A stretch of 64,000 nt of DNA from Octopus sinensis (Eukaryota), in the NCBI RefSeq assembly GCF_006345805.1, contig NC_043008.1, positions 64,728,001-64,792,000 on the forward strand, given 5' to 3'. Of this stretch, positions 54,966 through 64,000 are shown piece by piece (the first letter of the stretch is position 1; each line of letters starts with the position of its first letter). A program made the position numbers and the translations under genes. A model generated the notes under the pieces. It was not told where the DNA came from, ran no database searches, and worked only from the letters and a program-made list of their open reading frames with translations.

Positions 54966-55649
54966 ATTATATTGATAAAATATGAAATATTTTGGTGCGT
55001 GCGTTTTGGATCACACTGTAGTTTTGAACCGTGAGAGAAAGTTTAGTTTTAAGATCAAAATAACAGCTGGCATTTCGATGTTTAGGCATTTTATTTTGCA
55101 ATGATCGTTCATGATAGATTCGTGAGTTTCCATGTTTGTAGCTCGTTATTAATAAGCAGATTTTAATTGTAGTGTTTCTTAGTACATCATTAATCGTATT
55201 CTGAAATTTATTCAAATGTTTATTAATTTAAGAAGTTTTTGATAATGCGTTCATTTATTCTTTACTTAATTACAATTTTCTACATATATTACATTTTATA
55301 CATGCCTTTTAAATATTTAATGTTGTGTATGATATATTTTTGCATTGCGTTCAGTTCATATTGACCTGCGTCTTGTCCTAATAGTTTTGTCGATCTGTGC
55401 TTTCTTTATACTATGAATTTCTTTAACAAGTGAATTGTTTTAGAAGGAACTCAAATGATATTCTGAGTAGAAATTTTAGTACAGATATTTTCTGCTTAAG
55501 TCAACAGTCGCTATCTCTATATAAAGTATATGCATTATTTTTATATTTGAGAGACAGGAAAGTGATGTATCTGTCATCTTCCATCTGAAAGTTTATGTCG
55601 AGAAAATAAATCGTAATATTTCTAAGAGTTTTATGGTTAATATTTTGTA

Positions 55650-55925
55650 TGTGCGTGGCTTAGTGGTTAGGGATTCAGCTCACGATCGGAAAGTCACGAG
55701 TTCGATTCCCGACGGCGCGTTTTGTCCTTGACCAAACGTTTTAATTCACGTTGCTCCAGTTCGCTCACTTGGCAAATATGAGAACCACCCGTAATTCAAA
55801 AGGGACTGCCTTGTCACATTCTGTGTCACGCTGAATCTCACAGAGAACTACATTAAATGTACGAGTTTCTGTGGAGTGCTCAACCACTTGCAGATTAATT
55901 TCATTAGCAGGCTTTACCATTGATC
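55650..55925 (+). mobile_element. Old SINE: different tRNA-like head plus family A type-1 tail
   Basis: gtggcttagtggttagg..gagttcgattcc head; ccttgtcacattctgtgtcacgctgaatc..gagaactac tail. Confidence 0.65.
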
Positions 55926-56482
55926 AGAAAAATTCCAAATACTAAATTAATTTTAGCATAGGTTATTTTCGAGGTTTTCCTCTCATTAATCGACACCTTC
56001 CAGTATGTTCATTATTACAAAGATAATGTCCACAGAGTGTGTATTTCATATATTTATGTCTTGGTAAAAATAGAACAACATTAGTGCTTAGAAAACATGC
56101 ATGATATGCGATCGTTTTATTCATATAATTGTAAATTATATATTCTTCCTTTGGTTTCTTTCAATTTGCTTTTATTTTCTATGTATATGCTTCATCATAA
56201 ACATGTTTATAACCAGGGTGATATATTTGTTGATTCAGTATCTCACTCACAGCGCACAACGCGCGTGCACACCCACACACGGTGTCACATATGAATACAC
56301 GCATTTACCTTCATACGCGTATATCCTGTCCATATATTCATATATATATATATATATATATATACAAAGAGCAATAAAGATTCAAGTTAATTTAAAAAAA
56401 TTTACTTGAATATGGTACCTAACTTAGATGCACCAAAAAAAAAAAACTATACTGATTTAACAATACAGTAATGTGGGGTGAT

Positions 56483-56701
56483 TATAAGCGAGAAAGAACT
56501 TTAGAAATCTGTTTAATTATCTACATACTTCATGAGTATAGCCTCAAACACTAGGATGTCTAGAGAACTTACATGTATTTTAGCTGATGAGTACGGGACT
56601 CGTTATATGCTGTAATCTTTGCAACTTTTAATAAACCTGTCCTTGTATGAAACGATCGTACTAAAAACCTATCCATTCTTGTTGCTTCTTTCTCGCTTAT
56701 A
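56483..56701 (+). mobile_element. About 220-bp hammerhead-bearing element bounded by a 16-bp inverted repeat, 3' end abutting (TA)n
   Basis: tataagcgagaaagaa (56483-56498) / ttctttctcgcttata (56686-56701). Confidence 0.7.
56578..56666 (+). ncRNA. Type I minimal hammerhead ribozyme
   Basis: ttttag-CTGATGA-gtacgggac..gtccttgtat-GAAA-C-gatc-GTA-ctaaaa; perfect 6-bp stem I, palindromic loop. Confidence 0.82.
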
Positions 56702-56711
56702 TATATATATA

Positions 56712-56818
<107 letters not shown>

Positions 56819-56835
56819 GATAGATGCACGGATAG

Positions 56836-57245
56836 GCGAGTTGCCAGAAACGTTAGCACGCCGAGCGAAATGCTTCGCGATATTTCGACTGCCGTTACGT
56901 TCTGAGTTCAAATTCCGCCGAGGTCGACTTTGCCTTTCATCCTTTAGGGGTCGATTAAATAAATACCAGTTACGCACTGGGGTCGATGTAATCGACTTAA
57001 TCCGTTTGTCTGTTCTTATTTGTCCTCTGTGTGTTTAGCCCCTTGTGGGTAGTAAAGAAATAGGTATTTCATCTGCCGCTACGTTCTGAGTTCAAATTCC
57101 GCCTATGTCGACTTTGCCATTATTCCTTTCGGGGTCGATTAAATAAGTACCAGTTACCTACTGAGGTCGATATAATCGACTTAATCCGTTTGTTCTCCTT
57201 GTTTGTCCCCTGTGTGTAGCCCCTTGTGGGCAGTAAAGAAATAAG
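56836..57245 (+). mobile_element. SINE family B dimer
   Basis: Second unit starts at ggtatttcatctgccg. Confidence 0.9.
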
Positions 57246-57424
57246 ATACACGGATAGTTATGCACCTCTATATACACACGCATGTATATATATATAACTT
57301 GACGGAAAAGGAAGGTATTCAAAAAGTGAATCCAGTGACATTATATCCATAATGTTGATGACATCAGGTAACTGAAGACAGTATACGTGCTTTAAACGGC
57401 ATGCATAAATCTAAAATTATTACT

Positions 57425-57850
57425 TAGGTATAGAAGTGGGTGTGTGGTAAGTAGATTGCTTACCAACCACATGGTTCCGGGTTCAGACCCACTGCTTGGC
57501 ACCTTGGGCAAATGTCTTCCACTATAGCCTCGGGCCGACCAAAGCCTTGTGAGTGGATTTTTTAGACGCAAACTGAAAGAAGTCCGTCGTATATATATAT
57601 ATATATGTATATATATGTGTGTGTGTATGTTTGTGTGTCTGTGTGTCTCTCCAAAATCTCTTGACAACCGATGCTGGTGTGTTTACGTCCCCGTAACATC
57701 GCGGTTCGCCAAAAGAGCCCGATAGAATAAGTACTAGGTTTACAAAGAATAAGTGCTGCCGTCGATTTGCTCGACTAAAGGCGGTGCTCCCGTATGACTA
57801 CAGTCAAATGACTGAAACAAGCAAAAGAGTAAAAGAGAAAGAGTAAAGAG
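57425..57850 (+). mobile_element. SINE family C
   Basis: Full head, core, internal microsatellite and tail. Confidence 0.9.
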
Positions 57851-58427
57851 TATAAATAACTATACGTGTGTTTGTGTGTGTGCGTGTGTGTGTCTGTGTG
57901 TGTGTGTATGTGCTTTTCCCTACTTTGTTGTGTTACAGTGAAAAATGTTTATGCAATGAAATAGAAGATAAGTGAACTTGAAACGAAAGCAAAATAATGT
58001 GCTACATATATGATCTTTAAAAACAAAATCTTACAAAAAGACACAAATCGTAAGTAAAATAGAAAATGAGTGTTTTATTACTGAAATGAACATAAATGCT
58101 TAAAATAATTATAAAAATATCTATCTTAAATAAAAAAAAAATTTAGATGGTTGAACAGAATGTTGTATTCACCATAAATACTTCAAAAGGAATTATTGAT
58201 GAAAAGAAACCTTTGACATTTTGGATCTAGTTCAGATTCCACCACTTCAGACGTCAGATCACATGTGACAAATTTTGCAATATTTTTTCTGGTGTTGCTA
58301 GGCAACTAAGAAGTACGATTAGTAGCAGAAGTTATTCAATATATCATCACTATATATGTATATATATAAATTAATACACATATATAAATATATATAGCGA
58401 TTACATAGATAATATTATATTTTGATA

Positions 58428-58468
<41 letters not shown>

Positions 58469-58541
58469 GTATATGTATGTATGTATGTATGTATCTATGT
58501 ATATATATCTGTGTTTGTGTGTGTATTTATACGCAATATAG

Positions 58542-58584
<43 letters not shown>

Positions 58585-58643
58585 CATACATTTGCGGAGG
58601 GGCGGGTTGTAAAATGCAGCTAAGAAGTATTGATTCAAGATAC

Positions 58644-58718
58644 ACAACGATGTAGAAACAAAAATTGTGATTGAGTAGAAATATTGAAGAGATGAGGAGA
58701 ACCAAACTCTGCAGATAT
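58644..58718 (-). CDS. Weak candidate exon, 75 nt, two open frames
   Basis: Strong acceptor tcattctctttcatttgtgtcag; gtatct donor; frame unresolved. Confidence 0.28.
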
Positions 58719-59000
58719 CTGACACAAATGAAAGAGAATGACATTCGTATTAACCACAATTGTCTTGCTATAAAGCCGGTTGAGTCTACCCAATGGCATA
58801 GATATTTTTTGCTGGTGCTTTTGTTTTTGTTGTTGTTCCTTCGCCAATCTTGATCGAATATGCCTAGTATCTAAGAACTTCTATCCATGACAATCCCATA
58901 TTCACGCTGTGCATGCATCTAGCATTACTATACTCAATATCCATATATCCATATTCTCCGCTCACTGTTTTTTGAGATGGTTTATGCGGGTAGAATCCTA

Positions 59001-59412
59001 TGGCGGCGAGCTGGCAAAAGCGTCAGCACGCCGGGCTAAATGCATAGCCGCATTTCGTCTGCCGTTACGTTCTGAGTTCAAATTCCGCCGAGGTCGACTT
59101 TGCCTTTCATCCTTTCGGGATCGATAAATTAAGTACCAGTTATGCACTGGGGTCGATAAAATCGACTTAATCCGTTTGTTTGTTCTTGTTTGTCCCCTCT
59201 GTGTTTAGCCCCTTGTGGGTAGTAAAGAAATTGGTATTTCGTCTGCCGCTACGTACTGAGTTCAAATTCCGCCGAGGTCGACTTTGCCTTTCATCCTTTC
59301 GGTGTCGATTAAATAAGTACCAGTTACTTACACACTGGGGTCGATGTAATCATCTTAGTCCCTTTGCCTGTCCTTGTTTGTCGTCTATGTTTAGCCCCTT
59401 GTGGGCAACAAA
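59001..59412 (+). mobile_element. SINE family B dimer
   Basis: Same architecture as 56836. Confidence 0.9.
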
Positions 59413-59419
59413 GACATAT

Positions 59420-59640
59420 GAATCCTCTGGTACCTACAAATCCTATAGAGTTTTATCAGCATCAGTCCTCATTCGACGACTGGCTGGATTCTCAAGCGTG
59501 ACCTTTTAAGTCTATAGATATTATCCGTCCATCTCAGTCTTGGTCCTCAAACTCTCTTGCTAGTTGGCTCAGCTTGTAGAATCTGTCTTCCACTTCTTCA
59601 TTTGATATTCTAACATGCTCGTATTACTGGAACCGTGATC
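59420..59640 (-). mobile_element. Old RTE-like LINE 3' relic
   Basis: Minus-strand pieces YEHVR and GPRLRWTDNI in RTE order. Confidence 0.5.
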
Positions 59641-59879
59641 TCGCAATGCAGAGATGTAGCGGCTCTTGACATTTGTTATTGGTCAGTTTACGTGCCCGTA
59701 ACATAACGGTTCGGCAAAAAGCCCAATAAAATAAGTACTAGGCTTTAAAAAATTAGCGCTGGAATGGATTTCTTTGACTAAAACCCTAGAAGTCGGTGTT
59801 CCAGCATGGCCGCAGTTTATGACTGGAACAAGTAAAGGAATAAAAAAATGATATTTCACTAATATGCAGAGTGCATAAA

Positions 59880-60039
59880 CGCAGTAGTGACTTTGTTGTA
59901 AGTAGCTTGCTTACCAACCACATGGTTCTGAGTTCAGTCCCACTGCGTGGCACCATGGGTAAGTGTTTTCTAATATAGCTTCGGGCCAACCAAAATCTTG
60001 TGAGTGGATTTAGTATACGGAAACTGAAAGTTATTATAT

Positions 60040-60118
<79 letters not shown>

Positions 60119-60392
60119 TGTGTGTGTGTGTCTGTGTGTCTGTGTGTGTGTTTTTTGTGTGTGTGTGTGTATGTATATGTTTGTGTGTCTGTGTTTGGCC
60201 CCCCAACGTCGCTTGACAACCGATGGTGGTGTATTTACCTCCCTGTAACTTAGCGGTTCGGCAAGAGAAACCGATAGAATAAGTATTAGGCTTACAAAGA
60301 AAAATCCTGGGGTCGATTTGCTCAACTAAATGCTGTTATCTAGCATGGCCGCAGTCAAATGACTGAAACAAAATACAAGAGTAAAAGAAAAA
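59880..60392 (+). mobile_element. SINE family C with expanded internal (TA)n(TG)n
   Basis: Landmarks as other C copies; a further C tail fragment at about 59680-59835. Confidence 0.85.
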
Positions 60393-60481
60393 GAAAGTGC
60401 ACGGGGAAAACTCCCATGAGAGAACGAATGTCTGAGTCTTCGCAAAATTATTCTTGATAGCTACCTTGTAGATTTGTATAC

Positions 60482-60592
60482 CTCACAAGTCGAATTATTC
60501 TATGAATGCTGGAAATCACCCACAGATAAATCATGTAGCACCCGTCTGCAAATATCAATGACTGATCATACAGCCACGTAGCGTGATACCAC
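60482..60592 (-). CDS. Weak candidate exon (WYHATWLYDQSLIFADGCYMIYLWVISSIHRIIRLV)
   Basis: aactgcag acceptor, GAG|gtatac donor, 111 nt phase 2 to 2; only one frame open. Confidence 0.33.
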
Positions 60593-61361
60593 CTGCAGTT
60601 CATAAAAAAATTTATGATAGAACTAAAAGATATTAGCGTGCATTGTTTCTCCTAAATCATGTGTTCTTCTTTATCACTCCCGTGGGCATCATAAAATAAG
60701 TCCAATGAACTGGGCATTTTAAAGCAAAATAAAATTAATTCATTAATCACTTCCAGAAACTCTAATAACAACTTCAACCTTTAAAAACAAAATTAAAATC
60801 CATAAGAAGTATTCAAACAGCTAGTACTTAAAGTTTCGGCATATCTTAATGTTGCCATCACAAAATGCAAATGAGGTCAGAATAAAATTATATTGCAAAT
60901 GAAAATCAAATTTCCATAATTACTTTTGAATAACTTACGAATTTCCCAGTTGGAAATTTGTAGTATTTTAAAAAGCTACAGTAACATATGTACGTTGTAT
61001 TACAATTTACGTTTTGGATAGGTGCACCTATGTGTATAGCCTTGTGTGCGTGTGTGCTTGTGTGTATGTGTGTGTGTGTGCGTGCGTGTGTGTGTATGCC
61101 GATGTGTCTGAGCGTACCTATGTGCGTGCGTGTTTGTATGTGTGTATGTAAACGGAACATGCACACAACACACATATACATCTATTCAGACAAATCACTG
61201 ACATCCACAACAATCCTAAATATATGCAGATGAAGTGTACATACTTTTATATTGAAAATATAGAAATAAACATAGGAAAGCTGAAACACATTATATGAAC
61301 ACACGCACAAACATAAACACACACATATACACGTATACATATATACATACACCCCACACAC

Positions 61362-61791
<430 letters not shown>

Positions 61792-64000
61792 GAATCAACA
61801 AGAGACCTTCTACAGGATCTCACAACCAGGTAGAAACAGCAGTGAAATGTCTCTAATTATACAGCAAACCAGCATAAACAAAAAGAAGTGACACAACGAC
61901 AAATACAGTGGATAACATGATCTTCGATTTACTAACATCCTGAACAGGCATAGCAGGAATGCCTGAAGAATAAACAACGTCAACAAAGTGTTTTAATATT
62001 TGACATTCTATTACAAGTATTTTATTCCTCCGAACATATCGTGATGAAAGGTAAAATCGACTTAAGTGAGATCTGAACGTAAAAGTAAAACGACGTAGCA
62101 AATTGTAAGATATTGATTATAGTTCTCTATTGCTTTTGCTTTCCATTGTTTTCTAAAGATTTCTATCTGTCCAAAAGCAGTTTACGAAACAAAATTAATC
62201 TTACTCTCAGATCCTTGTCTGCTGTTGTATATTTATTTTCTGAGTTAGCTATTGTTGATACCAGGAAAATATTTCCTATATTAAACCAAGTCTTATTGAC
62301 GCCCGAAAATATTATTTTGAATTCCTTCTGTACAGAAAACTTGTTTTCATTGCCGATATTTCATGTATATATCTACTGACTTCCGCTGATTCGGACAGCG
62401 TCTGTTTATTACCATATGTCGAAGATCCAGTTATGAAATCATCTATTTACAGACGCCATATATACATACGCAAATTTCTTGAGGTTATCTTATATATTGA
62501 GATTCCCTTTCTTGTCAACCTTCGTCTCACTTCTATATTTTTCTGAACATAGTTCGTTTATTAGGTAAGATGGCAAACTATTCCTGGATGCTAAATGCAG
62601 GAAATTTGATTTTCATGAACAAAAACACTTGCTCCGTTTTGTTGACATATTACAAACAGCAATGAAGAAATGCGAAATACAAATATACAGAAATACATAA
62701 CCTAATAATTCTCCGGAGAAACTCAATTGATATCGTAGAGTTAAGTCTCCAGCTGAAGCGACACTATAATTTACAAAATCTACTTGAAGTATGATAACAG
62801 TTGAAAATAAATATAACTGGCATTATATAAAAGATTATATGTAAATTGTATATTCATAAGCTAAGACTTAGACGAAGAAAGTTTGAATGTCACTGTAAGT
62901 TCGGTTGCCGCAAGGGATGTAACATGACGTTTCGCAAACAAATCGTTCAGCGGAGTGTTCAAGTAATGAATTTGTAAGTTAAAAATGACTGAATAGATTA
63001 AAAGGATTAAAAGGTGTCACCGGAAGTGGATGAGAAGTTAATTGTAGTAAAAGAAAGAGGTAAGAAGTGAGATTTGGAGTGTAAAGGTTGTGTGACGGAG
63101 ACTGAGAGTGATAGAGAGAAAGTGAGAAAGAGGCGCCTGAGGTTTATAGGAGGGACAAAAACGGTAACCGTTACAGTAAAATAGACTGTATGATAAGTGA
63201 TAGGAAGAGGAACTAACAGTGTAGAGAAAGAGAACGTTTTAATCAAAGACAGCCAGACATATACAAAATTTTAAGTAATTATAAAAAAGGCAGTGTTGTA
63301 AGATAAAGAAAATATTACCGAAGGACAAGAGTATTCACATCGTTGGGGAACACGTTCCCTAATATTGTAATGCGTTTCTTTCAGCCGACTTGGTTATTAG
63401 GACTCTGGATTTCATTCTACCACACTTAAAGATGATTTAATTGTTATAGTATCAGCCTACACTCACTTGTATCTATTATATTAGTCGTAATGTGGTTGTC
63501 TTAATAGTTAAGTGGAACAGCTTGTGAGTAGTTACAAATAGGTGCCACGGGAACAGGAACTTAATAGCAACACTGTAAATTAGATAGGAAGAGACCATGG
63601 ACTTACTGCTGGGAGGCGAATCACCACAATAAAATAGAAGCAACGAGAGAAGGAACTGTTCTGAAATCTATTACAGATGCAAGAAGAGCAAGAGCTTACT
63701 TTTGCAAGATGTAGTGCAACTATAAAATGTTAGGCACTTCATTTAACTTGAGGTTCATTTGCACGCGGCGGGATTTGAATACAGAATGCAAATGAAGGTA
63801 ATTATATTTCACAAAACAGATCTATTTTATGATCACAAAATTTTTTGTTCATATTTAATTTCTCTATAGATCTAAATAGAGACACGAGTATTTTAATAAT
63901 AAAAAAACATATTTGGAAACTTGAATTGTAATTCAACTCCTAATTTCGAACTGAAATAAATATTCAAAATGCATTTTTACCTTTCGTTTTCAGTTGAAGA

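Noticed and set aside
61937-62072. Minus-strand exon-like segment (SHLSRFYLSSRY..PVQD) with good splice sites
   Set aside because: Its acceptor half resembles a decayed SINE B (atgaaaggtaaaatcgac..gaacgtaa), so it is likely a chance or exonised signal.

Overview
AT-rich eukaryotic DNA packed with microsatellites. The SINE families and the (TA)n/(CA)n/(GATA)n/(AAT)n density point to an Octopus-type cephalopod (inference, no database check). Most of the window looks intronic. A chain of short, phase-compatible exons on the minus strand (about 51.2 kb down to 7.0 kb, possibly from 60.6 kb) predicts part of an unidentified multi-exon protein gene. The introns hold three tRNA-derived SINE families (called A, B and C here), 5'-truncated RTE and CR1 LINEs, Penelope-like (PLE) RT/GIY-YIG relics, an intron-containing Tc1 (DD34E) element, two mariner relics, a Chapaev/CMC-like transposase relic, two Helitron-like elements, a MITE and a near-identical 1.83-kb tandem duplication. 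The most notable signal is four small non-coding elements with different sequences but one design: a minimal type I hammerhead ribozyme (CUGANGA / GAAAC-palindromic tetraloop-GUA), an inverted copy of the element's own 3' part, and microsatellite flanks. One is a 492-bp near-perfect palindrome with a hammerhead on each strand. Nearly all ORFs in the supplied track are microsatellite or TE artefacts. Exon and ribozyme calls were made by eye and need RNA-seq, covariance-model and cleavage tests.
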